Part shown: positions 15,357-24,786 of the stretch, one piece after another
Numbering within the stretch: the stretch's first letter is position 1
Layout of the letters: each line of letters starts with the position of its first letter
Virus record (IMG/VR): IMGVR_UViG_3300046103_003260
Coordinates: 1-27,471 of that record
DNA: 27,471 nt
Origin: a virus
Lineage: Duplodnaviria > Caudoviricetes
Reading direction: 5' to 3' (one strand)
Notes under the pieces: model-generated
What the model saw: the letters and a program-made list of their open reading frames with translations, nothing else
Told to the model about the DNA's origin: nothing
Database searches by the model: none
Translations under genes and position numbers: made by a program

Positions 15357-17942
15357 ATGTATCAAAATATAGCAATAGAAAGGCCTCAACAATCTCCGCA
15401 AGGATATTGGACAAAGGGTTGGGCTCATATATGGGATGATGAGGATGGATACCTCAAAAAACCGCTAAAAGACTATCGCTACGGCTATAAAAAAGATCCT
15501 AAAGGTAAATCATACACATTAGACGGAAAGGCTGTTAAACAGGTTCGTAGGTGGTCTGACGAGGAGCTAAAAAAAGGTGATATATATGAATCTGATGTAC
15601 AGCTTGAAACAAGAGTACTGATCGATGAATATGGTCATTCAGATGAACCATCAATTAATCATAGGGAATTTTATTTTGATATTGAAACGGAGATTTTACA
15701 GGGATTTCCTAATTCAAGAAATCCTATGAATAAAATTACCTCAATAGCATATTGGCTAAAGAGTGAGGATGAATATGGTGTATTAATATTAGATCCAGAT
15801 AGATTAGTTAAATCTAGTATTAAGGATAATGTTCAAATAATATCTTGCCTTACAGAGCAGGAATTATTACAAACCTTTATGGAAGCTTATAAGAATTATG
15901 ATCCTACCATCCTAACAGGTTGGAATATAGAATTTTTTGATATACCATATTTGTATGCCAGAATGGCTAGAGTATGTGGTCATGATGTAGCTAATGCATT
16001 AAGTAGAATTAATATTGTAAAGGAAGCTAATGCATGGTCAAAAATGGCTGGTCAGCAACAAGAATTAAAATATAATATTTTAGGTGTTGAAGTATTAGAT
16101 TACTTAGCATTATATAAAAAGTTTACAATAAATGAAAAATCATCGTATAGATTAGATGTCATAGGAAGGCTTGAGGTCAATCTAGGTAAGATCGAATATG
16201 ACGGAACCTTAGATGATTTATTCAGGACCGATATCGATAAGTTTATAGAATATAATCTTAATGATGTTGAGATAGTAAAGAGGTTGGATGAAAAATTAAA
16301 GTATATTGATTTAGCTCGAGCAATATGCCATAAAGGTCACGTGCCATATGAAAAGATATATGTTCAATCCCAAATCCTTGAAGGGGCTATTCTTACATAT
16401 TTAAGAACAATTAATGTAGTGGCTCCTAATAAGAATTTTGATAATCAAAAGGATGCGAAATATAGTGGAGCATATGTAATGGATCCAAAGCCAGGACGAT
16501 ATGAATGGGTATATGATTTGGATTTAACATCACTTTATCCTTCTTTAATTATGTCATTAAATATATCTCCTGATACAAAGATTTCAACAATACATGATTT
16601 TGATCTACAGGCATTTCTTAAAAATGAGGATAGGCCATGGGAAGGTCAGGTAAAAAATAAATATGCTAAATTCAAATATACGCAATGGGAATCCACTGGC
16701 CATTTAAGATCCTGGTTAGAAGAAAATAAATATTCAATTGCAGCTAATGGGGCTATATATAATACTAGAAAAAAAGGTCTAATTCCTGCTATTTTGGAAA
16801 AGTGGTTTGAGGATAGGGTGGTTTATAAAAATCTAATGAAGAAGCATGCAAAATTAGGTGATGATGATAAGAGGGAATACTTTAATCAAAGGCAATGGGT
16901 TACTAAAATTCTATTAAATTCAATGTATGGTGTATTAGGATCGCCAACCTTTAGATGGTTTGATTTAGATAATGCTGAAGCTATTACATTATCAGGCCAG
17001 CAACTAATCAAGAATACGGCAAAGATAGTAGATCATTATTATAACAGGGAATTAGACGAAAAGACTGAGCACTGCATTTATACCGATACCGATTCAGTAT
17101 TCTTTTCAGCATTACCATTGGTTAAACATAGATATCCAGATATTGATACCGATGATGATGTTATTATGACCGAGAAGATTTTAGGAATAGCTGAAGAGGT
17201 TCAAAATCATATTAATGATACATATACTCCTTATGCAAAGAAATTTCATAATCTTGATACCCATAAATTTGATATAAAACAAGAGACTGTAGCTAAATCA
17301 GGTATATGGATAGCTAAGAAAAGATATGCTCAATGGATAATTAATTCAGAGGGTGTAGTTGTAAATAAATTAGATGTTAAGGGTATTGACGTAGTTAGGT
17401 CAAATTATCCTGCAGCCTTTAAGAAATTCCTTGGGGAAATACTTATGGATATCCTACAAAAGGTTCCTAAGGATACAATAGATAATAAAATTTATGAATT
17501 TAGATTAGCAATTCCTTCATACCCAATAGTAGAGATAGCAAAGTCTACAGGAGTAAAAAATATTAGAAAATATCTACCAGCATCCGGTACATATAAACCA
17601 TTTAATACATCATTCAAAGGTGTCCCTGCACATGTAAAGGCATCAATAAATTATAATGATCTATTATCCTATTATAATAGGGAGAATGCAGGGAAAATTA
17701 ATAATGGTGATAAGATAAAATGGGTGTATCTAAAGGATAATCCTTTAGGTTTAGAAAGTTGCGCATTTAAGGGCTATGATGATCCGCAAGAAATAAAAGA
17801 TTTTATTGAGAAGTTTGCAAATTATGATAAGATCTTTAATGGTGAATTAAAAAATAAATTGGAGGCTTTTTACATAGCTATGAAGTGGGGAGGCCTTCCA
17901 GAAAAAAATATAAAAATTATTAGAAAATTCTTTGAATTTTAA
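15357..17942 (+). CDS. polB: family B DNA polymerase (T4 gp43-like) with 3'-5' exonuclease
   Basis: ExoI 'FDIET', ExoII 'GWNIEFFDIPY', ExoIII 'YNLND'; pol A 'DLTSLYPS', pol B 'KILLNSMYG', pol C 'YTDTDS', 'KKRYA'. Uninterrupted 861 aa. Confidence 0.97.
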   Translation: MYQNIAIERPQQSPQGYWTKGWAHIWDDEDGYLKKPLKDYRYGYKKDPKGKSYTLDGKAVKQVRRWSDEELKKGDIYESDVQLETRVLIDEYGHSDEPSINHREFYFDIETEILQGFPNSRNPMNKITSIAYWLKSEDEYGVLILDPDRLVKSSIKDNVQIISCLTEQELLQTFMEAYKNYDPTILTGWNIEFFDIPYLYARMARVCGHDVANALSRINIVKEANAWSKMAGQQQELKYNILGVEVLDYLALYKKFTINEKSSYRLDVIGRLEVNLGKIEYDGTLDDLFRTDIDKFIEYNLNDVEIVKRLDEKLKYIDLARAICHKGHVPYEKIYVQSQILEGAILTYLRTINVVAPNKNFDNQKDAKYSGAYVMDPKPGRYEWVYDLDLTSLYPSLIMSLNISPDTKISTIHDFDLQAFLKNEDRPWEGQVKNKYAKFKYTQWESTGHLRSWLEENKYSIAANGAIYNTRKKGLIPAILEKWFEDRVVYKNLMKKHAKLGDDDKREYFNQRQWVTKILLNSMYGVLGSPTFRWFDLDNAEAITLSGQQLIKNTAKIVDHYYNRELDEKTEHCIYTDTDSVFFSALPLVKHRYPDIDTDDDVIMTEKILGIAEEVQNHINDTYTPYAKKFHNLDTHKFDIKQETVAKSGIWIAKKRYAQWIINSEGVVVNKLDVKGIDVVRSNYPAAFKKFLGEILMDILQKVPKDTIDNKIYEFRLAIPSYPIVEIAKSTGVKNIRKYLPASGTYKPFNTSFKGVPAHVKASINYNDLLSYYNRENAGKINNGDKIKWVYLKDNPLGLESCAFKGYDDPQEIKDFIEKFANYDKIFNGELKNKLEAFYIAMKWGGLPEKNIKIIRKFFEF

Positions 17943-17960
17943 TATATTTTTTGTATATTT
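17932..17960 (+). promoter_or_regulatory. putative promoter TTG-N19-TATATTT upstream of the sliding clamp
   Basis: TTG at 17932, then TTTTTTG and TATATT at 17954. Confidence 0.62.
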
Positions 17961-17989
17961 ATATATAACAAAAATTAAAAAGGTTACGA

Positions 17990-18703
17990 ATGGACAAACA
18001 AAAACTAATGGGTTTCGTTGAGAAATACTCACTTGGACAAAGTATTGAAACAGTAAAATGGACTATTGCTAATAATAGCCTACAAACAGAATTTATATCT
18101 GGTTGTAAAACATTATTAGGAATGGTTAAATTAAATGATTTTCAATTACAGGATTGTGAATTAGGAATTTACAATACAACACAATTACAAAAAATGTTAG
18201 GTGTAGTAGGCAATTCAATCAATCTCAAATTAAAAATGATAGATGAACGCGCTATTGGAGTAAATATTACCGATGGCGATGTTGCACTAAACTATATGCT
18301 AGCTGATTTAGATGTAATACCTAAAGCACCTAAATTAAAAGCAACTCCTAAGGCTACAACCAGGATTAAAATTACCAATGAATTTATTATGAAATTTATC
18401 AAAGCTAAGAACGCTTTGAATGATGCAGAGCATTTTACTGTGATATCTAATACGATCACACAGATTATTCTAGGCCATTCAGATAATAATAGTAATAGAA
18501 TCAATATTAATGTACCTGCAGAAAATGATTGTAATATGGACCCAATATCATTTAATGCAGATTATCTTAGAGAAATACTATCAGCAAATAAAGATAATGA
18601 AGAAGGAATAATGGAAGTTAGTGCAGATGGGTTAGCTGTATTAACATTTAAGAATAGTGAATACGCATCAAAATATTATATGGTGCAAACAAACGTAAAT
18701 TAA
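17990..18703 (+). CDS. DNA polymerase sliding clamp (gp45/PCNA-like)
   Basis: 237 aa with two repeated beta-alpha-beta domains ('LGIYNTTQLQKML', 'ISFNADYLREIL', C-terminal 'SKYYMV'). Sits between polymerase and clamp loader. Confidence 0.8.
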   Translation: MDKQKLMGFVEKYSLGQSIETVKWTIANNSLQTEFISGCKTLLGMVKLNDFQLQDCELGIYNTTQLQKMLGVVGNSINLKLKMIDERAIGVNITDGDVALNYMLADLDVIPKAPKLKATPKATTRIKITNEFIMKFIKAKNALNDAEHFTVISNTITQIILGHSDNNSNRININVPAENDCNMDPISFNADYLREILSANKDNEEGIMEVSADGLAVLTFKNSEYASKYYMVQTNVN

Positions 18704-18713
18704 GGAGAAAAAA

Positions 18714-19007
18714 ATGCAAGCAATCGACGACAAAGTTATTTTAGAAAATTTGGAACCTGAAGCAATGACTACAGGTGGTGTTATATTACCAGAGACATCA
18801 GATCAAAATACCGATAGAGGTAGAGTAGTAATAGCAGCACCAGGAAGATACACATTAAGTGGTACAAAAATACCATGCACATGTGAAGAAGGTGACATAG
18901 TAGCCTATCCAGGCTCATTAGCAAAAAAAGTAGAAGTAGATGGTAAGGATTACCATGTAATAAGAGAATCAGAATTAATAATGATAATTTCAAAAGGAGA
19001 AAAATAA
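18714..19007 (+). CDS. groES: co-chaperonin GroES
   Basis: 'AIDDKVI', mobile loop 'TTGGVILP', 'GRVVIAAPG', 'EGDIV', 'IRESEL'. Directly upstream of groEL. Confidence 0.93.
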   Translation: MQAIDDKVILENLEPEAMTTGGVILPETSDQNTDRGRVVIAAPGRYTLSGTKIPCTCEEGDIVAYPGSLAKKVEVDGKDYHVIRESELIMIISKGEK

Positions 19008-19008
19008 T

Positions 19009-20628
19009 ATGGCTAAAAATTTAGATTTTAATCAAGCAGCACGTTCTAAAATGAAGGGCGGAGTAGATAAATTAGCAGAAGCAGTAAAGGTAACACTTGG
19101 ACCACGTGGTAGAAATGTTGTTATTGAAAGAGAATATGGATTGCCTATATCAACCAAGGATGGTGTGACGGTGGCAAAAGAAATAGAGTTAGAGGATGTT
19201 GTAGAAAACATCGGTGCTCAAATGGTTAAAGAAGTTGCTGATAAGGCAAATGAAGAAGCTGGAGATGGAACCACTACAGCAACCGTATTAGCACAATCCA
19301 TTGTTTCTGAAGGATTCAAGTATGTAACCTCAGGAGCTAATCCTATAGAATTAAAAAGAGGCATCGATGAAGCTGCATCTTATATAGTTAAGCAATTAGA
19401 TGTAATGTCTAAGGATGTAGATGATGAAGCAGATATGAAACACGTTGCATCAATAAGTGCCAATAATGATGAATCAATAGGTTCAATCATTGCAGATGCG
19501 ATTGATAAGGTGGGTAAAGAAGGAGTTGTTACAGTAGATGAATCAATGTCATCAGAAACAATTCTTGATGTAGTGGAAGGAATGCAATTTGATAGAGGAT
19601 TTTTATCACCATACTTTGTAACAAATAATACTGCAATGGAGGTTGAATTAGACGAACCATGGATTTTATGTTATAATAAACGTATAGGATCCTTATCTGA
19701 AATTGTAAAGGTTTTAGAAGCAGCAATTGCACAAAATAAGCCATTATTAATTATAGCTGATGATGTAGCGAGTGAAGCATTAGCCGGACTAATTGTAAAT
19801 AAGGTTAGAGGAACAATGTCAGTAGCAGCTGTTAAGGCACCATCATTTGGTGATGAGAAAACATCAATCCTACAAGATATAGCAATCATCACAGGAGGAA
19901 CATTAGTTGATCCTGCTAAAGGAATGAAGCTAGATAAGGTAGATACTTCAGTATTTGGTTCTTGTAAGAAGGTAAGAATAAACGATAAGCAAACCACTAT
20001 TATTGATGGATATGGTGATGAGAAGCAAATAGTAGCTAGAATTGAGGATATCAAATCACAATTAGATACTGCTCAATCGGCATATGATAGAGAAAAAATT
20101 CAAACAAGATTAGCAAAATTAGCTGGAGGTGTTGCAGTATTAAAAATTGGTGCACAATCAGAGGTTGAATTAAAGGAAAAGAAGGATAGAGTTGAGGATG
20201 CATTACATGCAACAAGAGCAGCAGTAAAAGAAGGTGTTGTACCTGGTGGAGGAATTGCTTTATTAAATGCAATATCAAATATTGAGAAGCCATCATTACA
20301 AAAGGATCAGGCTATTGGATGGGATATTTTAGTAGATTCATGTAAATCACCATTTAATGCAATTATGGAAAACGCAGGACTAAATGCTGATGTAATATGG
20401 AATAAGGTAGCTACATCAACTCTTGACAATGCAGGATATGATGCAAGAAATGAAGAAGTAGTGGATATGTATGCAGCAGGTATCATTGATCCAACTAAAG
20501 TAACTAAGACAGCATTAATGAAAGCAGCATCAGTAGCAGGAACATTATTAACTACTGAATGTGTAGTATCAATTATAAAAGAAGATAATAAAGAGGTACA
20601 CGGTCCAGGCCAAATGCCTATGATGTAA
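19009..20628 (+). CDS. groEL: chaperonin GroEL
   Basis: '[12 protein letters not shown]', '[11 protein letters not shown]', '[12 protein letters not shown]', 'EGMQFDRG', '[14 protein letters not shown]', 'GIIDPTKV'. Confidence 0.98.
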   Translation: MAKNLDFNQAARSKMKGGVDKLAEAVKVTLGPRGRNVVIEREYGLPISTKDGVTVAKEIELEDVVENIGAQMVKEVADKANEEAGDGTTTATVLAQSIVSEGFKYVTSGANPIELKRGIDEAASYIVKQLDVMSKDVDDEADMKHVASISANNDESIGSIIADAIDKVGKEGVVTVDESMSSETILDVVEGMQFDRGFLSPYFVTNNTAMEVELDEPWILCYNKRIGSLSEIVKVLEAAIAQNKPLLIIADDVASEALAGLIVNKVRGTMSVAAVKAPSFGDEKTSILQDIAIITGGTLVDPAKGMKLDKVDTSVFGSCKKVRINDKQTTIIDGYGDEKQIVARIEDIKSQLDTAQSAYDREKIQTRLAKLAGGVAVLKIGAQSEVELKEKKDRVEDALHATRAAVKEGVVPGGGIALLNAISNIEKPSLQKDQAIGWDILVDSCKSPFNAIMENAGLNADVIWNKVATSTLDNAGYDARNEEVVDMYAAGIIDPTKVTKTALMKAASVAGTLLTTECVVSIIKEDNKEVHGPGQMPMM

Positions 20629-20639
20629 AAGAGAATAAT

Positions 20640-20873
20640 ATGACAACAGAAATAATAAATGCATTAAATGCAAAATTCAATGCTGATAAATTAACAGCAT
20701 TTGCAAATTTAACAAATTACATGAACAATTCAGCAGCAGTAGGAGAACATCCAGATATCGTAGCTGAAGCAGAAAAATTAGTAGCAGCAATTGCTGATGC
20801 AGATGGGAAGCTTCAAACATTATCACAACTTTTACCTAAAAAAGTTGAAGAAAAGGTTGCAGAAACAAAATAA
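20640..20873 (+). CDS. conserved-looking small phage protein (helical)
   Basis: 77 aa, 'NSAAVGEHPDIVAE' between two amphipathic helices. GAGA RBS-like spacing. Confidence 0.75.
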   Translation: MTTEIINALNAKFNADKLTAFANLTNYMNNSAAVGEHPDIVAEAEKLVAAIADADGKLQTLSQLLPKKVEEKVAETK

Positions 20874-20886
20874 TTTTTGTATATTA
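20857..20886 (+). promoter_or_regulatory. putative promoter TTG-N20-TATATTA upstream of the clamp loader
   Basis: TTG at 20857 and TATATT at 20880; ATG at 20891. Confidence 0.65.
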
Positions 20887-20890
20887 ATAT

Positions 20891-21814
20891 ATGACACAAG
20901 AAAACACATTATGGGTTGAGAAGTATAGACCTGATACATTAGAAGGTTATATCGGTAACGATGTAATAGTTGGTAAGATGAAAACATATATAGAAGGCGG
21001 GGATATTCCTCACCTTCTATTGTATGGAAGAGCAGGCACAGGAAAGACAACACTTGCTAAAATTATAATTAATAATATTGATTGTGATCATATGTACATA
21101 AACGCATCTGATGAAAATAATGTGGAAACCGTTAGAACCAAGATTAGAGATTTTGCAAGCTCAATAGGATTTAGAAAATATAAGGTTATTATATTAGATG
21201 AATCTGATTATTTAACACCTAATGCTCAAGCAGCATTAAGAAATTTGATGGAGACATTTTCTAAAACAACAAGATTTATATTAACTTGTAATTATGTTGA
21301 AAAGATTATAGATCCTATCCAGAGTAGATGTCAGGTATTCGGCATAACTCCTCCTTCACAAAAGGATGTTGCAATGCGATTAAAGTATATATGTGATAGT
21401 GAAATGGTTGGAAATGGGCCTGGTTATGCTCCAGCATTAGTTCAAATTGTACAATCCACCTATCCAGATATACGTAGAGCTATTAATGGGTTACAAAGAC
21501 AAATTGTAGATGGTAGATTGGTCATTGATAAAGCATCCTTATTAGAAGTAGATTATATGAATAAGGTTTTAGAGGAATTGAAGGGATCAAGAAAATTTAA
21601 TACAATAAGACAAATAATTGCAGACAGTCAGGTAAAAACATTTGAGGATTTATATAAATTCCTATTTGATAATATTGATGAATATGCAGGGCCGAAAGTA
21701 TCAAATTGCATAGTTATAATAGCTGAAGCACAATATCAAGATACATTTGTAGTAGATAAGGAAATAAATATAATGGCTATGTTTAGTAAAATAATAACAA
21801 CATTGGAGAATTAA
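20891..21814 (+). CDS. clamp loader ATPase subunit (gp44 / RFC small-subunit-like)
   Basis: 'LWVEKYRP', 'GRAGTGKTT', 'INASDE', 'ILDESD', 'AQAALR', 'PIQSRC'. Confidence 0.95.
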   Translation: MTQENTLWVEKYRPDTLEGYIGNDVIVGKMKTYIEGGDIPHLLLYGRAGTGKTTLAKIIINNIDCDHMYINASDENNVETVRTKIRDFASSIGFRKYKVIILDESDYLTPNAQAALRNLMETFSKTTRFILTCNYVEKIIDPIQSRCQVFGITPPSQKDVAMRLKYICDSEMVGNGPGYAPALVQIVQSTYPDIRRAINGLQRQIVDGRLVIDKASLLEVDYMNKVLEELKGSRKFNTIRQIIADSQVKTFEDLYKFLFDNIDEYAGPKVSNCIVIIAEAQYQDTFVVDKEINIMAMFSKIITTLEN

Positions 21815-21815
21815 G

Positions 21816-22070
21816 ATGGGAAAGAATAAAAATACAATAAAATATGGTGGTTATATCAAAAAAGTAGGATATCTTGATATAAGACAGAAGATGGTAATAG
21901 GTAGATGGCAAAAAAATATGAGAGGCGAGGATGTTAAGATTGCAGGTAGCACAGAGGTCTTTGTATATCATGGTAAACATGTAATGACCGGAAGCTTTAA
22001 GAGTGTAATGGCAGCAGAAGCAGAAGCTATTAAAATGGTAGCTGAAGGCACAAAATATAAATCAAAATAG
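21816..22070 (+). CDS. hypothetical protein
   Basis: 84-aa basic ORF tightly packed in the operon. Confidence 0.65.
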   Translation: MGKNKNTIKYGGYIKKVGYLDIRQKMVIGRWQKNMRGEDVKIAGSTEVFVYHGKHVMTGSFKSVMAAEAEAIKMVAEGTKYKSK

Positions 22071-22080
22071 AGAGAATAAT

Positions 22081-22344
22081 ATGAGAGTAGTAAAAGGAAA
22101 TGGGCAACAACCAGCAGAGCAAGATATGCAAGGTCAGATAAAGGTTGCATTAAAAGATACAACGGATGTAGTATGTGATGAATGCGAAAATAAGTATTTC
22201 AAGCAATTAATGATGTTCAAAAAATTATCAGCAGTGATGTCACCGAATGGCCAGGAATCAATGATCCCGGTTCAGATATTTTCATGTAATGATTGTGGTC
22301 ATGTAAACGATCAATTCTTACCACCTGCTGGAAATGAAGCGTAA
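22081..22344 (+). CDS. zinc-ribbon protein
   Basis: 'VCDECEN...FSCNDCGH' CxxC pairs. Confidence 0.75.
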   Translation: MRVVKGNGQQPAEQDMQGQIKVALKDTTDVVCDECENKYFKQLMMFKKLSAVMSPNGQESMIPVQIFSCNDCGHVNDQFLPPAGNEA

Positions 22345-22771
22345 AGGTATATTTGATTGTCTAGCTGATATATCCTATAAGAAAACGGATATAAATACAT
22401 ATACTGAAAATGATTGGAAGGTATATAATCCTTATATGATTCACCGGTTTCTTAGTATGAAGGAAGAGTTAATAGGTATTATGAATCTAGTTCAAAAATA
22501 CTACACGTTAGATAAGAAAACACACTACGTATTGATGAGTGATATTTTACCAAAACAAAAACTTTTTGCTAAATACATAAAGGGAAAAAAGGTGGACAAA
22601 TTCAATCCAGAGCTGGTTGATTTAATAGCTAAACATTATGAGATAGGAAGTGATGAAGCTAAGCAGCGTATAGAAATGTATTTGCATTTTAGTACCGGCA
22701 AAAGTACCCTTACAGATATATTAGAAGGTTACGGCAAAACAAAAAAAGAAATTAAAGGGTTATTGAAATGA
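22334..22771 (+). CDS. clamp loader small subunit (T4 gp62-like)
   Basis: 'YNPYMIHRFLS...MN...HY...KYIK...LIAKHY' resembles the gp62 family. Near the gp44-like gene. Confidence 0.75.
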   Translation: MKRKGIFDCLADISYKKTDINTYTENDWKVYNPYMIHRFLSMKEELIGIMNLVQKYYTLDKKTHYVLMSDILPKQKLFAKYIKGKKVDKFNPELVDLIAKHYEIGSDEAKQRIEMYLHFSTGKSTLTDILEGYGKTKKEIKGLLK

Positions 22772-23145
22772 AAATAGGTGAACGCGAATTAGCAACAGAA
22801 AAACACGAAGATTCCAATATTGTAGAATTGCAGGAAAGATATCCAGATATTTACAAAGCATACACGGAGATATCTTTAGAGCAATTTCAATTATTTGCAA
22901 GGAAAATGCTAGATTATGGAAAAGGTAATATATCAGTAGGATCTAATCTAGATACACCCGAAGAAGAAAAAGTAGCATTAACAGGCTTATGGTTCAGAAT
23001 GAATGATAAGATTCAACGATTAAAGCAATTAGTATTATTAAGTAGAGAAGCAAAGGTAGAGACTGAATCTGTAAAGGATACATTTCAAGACCTTTCAATT
23101 TATGGTATTATTGCGCAAATTGTTAAAAATAAACAGTGGAAATAA
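22768..23145 (+). CDS. DUF1599 / nucleotide-modification-associated domain 1 protein (MazG-like all-alpha fold)
   Basis: 'RKMLDYG', 'RMNDKIQRL', 'ESVKDTFQDLSIYGII'. Confidence 0.8.
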   Translation: MKIGERELATEKHEDSNIVELQERYPDIYKAYTEISLEQFQLFARKMLDYGKGNISVGSNLDTPEEEKVALTGLWFRMNDKIQRLKQLVLLSREAKVETESVKDTFQDLSIYGIIAQIVKNKQWK

Positions 23146-23146
23146 T

Positions 23147-23176
23147 TTGGATATGTGCAAATTTTTTCGTATATTA
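23147..23176 (+). promoter_or_regulatory. putative promoter TTG-N20-TATATTA upstream of the Cas4-like nuclease
   Basis: TTTGG at 23146-23150 and TATATT at 23170; ATG at 23185. Confidence 0.68.
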
Positions 23177-23184
23177 TATATAAT

Positions 23185-24144
23185 ATGAAAGATAAAAAGA
23201 AAGAAGGTCTAACCACAATATTAGATCTTGCGGTTACAAAAAGAAAGAAAGGACAGAAGTCTATTTCTTACTCACAATACTCAATGTATGCTCAATGTCC
23301 ACATAGATGGAAATTAAATTATGTAGATAATTTAAGAAAATTTACACAATCAATACATACTCTTTTTGGATCAGCATTCCATGAAACATTACAAGGATAT
23401 CTTGGTGTAATGTATGAAGGATCAATTAAGGAAGCTGATGAATTACCTTTAGGTGATATATTAAAAGGAGCTATGGGCAAGGAATATAGAAAAGCTATGG
23501 CAATGGGGCAAGCACCCGGGTTTACTAATAAGACCGAGATGCGAGAATTTTTCTATGATGGTATTGAAATACTTGATTACTTTATTAAAAAGCGTGGAGG
23601 ATATTTTAGTAAAAAGAATACTAAATTAATTGGTGTCGAAACTCCATTAAGTATACCATTAGAGATTAATAAGAATCTTCTATTCACAGGTTATATTGAT
23701 ATTGTAATGCAGGATACTATCACAGGTAAATATAAAATATATGATATTAAGACCAGCACTATGGGATGGAATAAATATCAAAAGGCTGATAAGATAAAAA
23801 CATCACAGATGGTTTTATATAAACAATATTTTGCAGAGCAATTTAATGTAGATGCAGATATGATTGATATAGAATATTTTATTGTAAGAAGAAAATTACC
23901 TGAGAACTCAATGTATCCTATTAAGAGGATCCAAACATTTGTTCCTGCATCAGGAAAGCCAACACGAAATACGGTAGCAAGATCTGTTAATGCCTTTGTA
24001 AAGACAGCATTCACTGATGGTGGGGAATATAATTTAGCTGCTAAGCATTTAGCAATAGCAGGAAAAAATAATAAAAATTGCAAATATTGCGAATTTAAGA
24101 CACAAGATGATTTATGCTCGAAGAAACTAAGAATCAAAGATTAA
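23185..24144 (+). CDS. Cas4/RecB-like PD-(D/E)xK exonuclease with probable Fe-S cluster
   Basis: 'SYSQ...CP', 'FGSAFH', 'GVE', 'GYID...IYDIKTS', 'QMVLY' and C-terminal 'CKYC...LC'. Confidence 0.87.
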   Translation: MKDKKKEGLTTILDLAVTKRKKGQKSISYSQYSMYAQCPHRWKLNYVDNLRKFTQSIHTLFGSAFHETLQGYLGVMYEGSIKEADELPLGDILKGAMGKEYRKAMAMGQAPGFTNKTEMREFFYDGIEILDYFIKKRGGYFSKKNTKLIGVETPLSIPLEINKNLLFTGYIDIVMQDTITGKYKIYDIKTSTMGWNKYQKADKIKTSQMVLYKQYFAEQFNVDADMIDIEYFIVRRKLPENSMYPIKRIQTFVPASGKPTRNTVARSVNAFVKTAFTDGGEYNLAAKHLAIAGKNNKNCKYCEFKTQDDLCSKKLRIKD

Positions 24145-24473
24145 AATTTACAATAGGCGATTCCAATATTCAAGGACAGGGTGTTTTTCCTGTAATGAAT
24201 ATGAAGAAGGGAGAGTTTATAGGATATGCTTATCAAATTATCGGTGAAATCGGTAAATTAAACGAGGACACTGAATATATAATAGGTCAGGAAACATTAT
24301 TAGGTATTATGCATAACCATTCATACAAGCCCACAGCCGAACCTAAATTTGAAAATAAGGTAATAAGCTTTTATGCATTAACTGACCTCAATACTGATGA
24401 TGAAATTACATGCGATTATAATAGATTTAATTGCATAACAAATATAGAAAGAGTACAAGAAGAATGGAAATAA
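24114..24473 (+). CDS. SET-domain protein (putative lysine methyltransferase)
   Basis: 'SNIQGQGVF...KKGEFI', 'NHSYKP', 'ALTDL...EITCDY'. Confidence 0.85.
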   Translation: MLEETKNQRLKFTIGDSNIQGQGVFPVMNMKKGEFIGYAYQIIGEIGKLNEDTEYIIGQETLLGIMHNHSYKPTAEPKFENKVISFYALTDLNTDDEITCDYNRFNCITNIERVQEEWK

Positions 24474-24489
24474 TTAAAATGGAGAATAT

Positions 24490-24786
24490 ATGAAGATTAA
24501 CATATGGTTACAACGAGAAGAATTATGGGAAACAGATAGATGGTTAACAGAATCTAATGTTTGCTATGCAACAGCTGATAAGCGAATTACATTTTTTCAT
24601 GATAAACCAGCAAAGCGAATGGATGTTATTCAAATATCTATAAGTATAGATGAATACCGAATGATAGTCGAAAGTAATGAAACCTTCGATGAGAGAGTTG
24701 CTAATGAAATGGGATGGGTACAATCAGCATCTGCAGACAGCTTATTAAAATATTTACCACCGCACGATTATCAGTTAGGGAATTAA
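24490..24786 (+). CDS. hypothetical protein
   Basis: 98 aa with a GGAGA RBS and a TAATG overlap with the next gene. Confidence 0.65.
   Translation: MKINIWLQREELWETDRWLTESNVCYATADKRITFFHDKPAKRMDVIQISISIDEYRMIVESNETFDERVANEMGWVQSASADSLLKYLPPHDYQLGN

Noticed and set aside
17078-17097. PolB motif C reading YTDTDS instead of YGDTDS as an adaptation to modified dNTPs
   Set aside because: This position varies among family B polymerases, so it is not evidence on its own.
2524-17942. Inteins or introns in recA, helicase, nrdJ or polB
   Set aside because: All four have normal lengths with contiguous motifs and no intein-like insertions.
23185-24144. CRISPR-Cas locus suggested by the Cas4-like gene
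   Set aside because: No repeat-spacer array or other cas genes. Solo Cas4-like exonucleases are common in phage replication modules.
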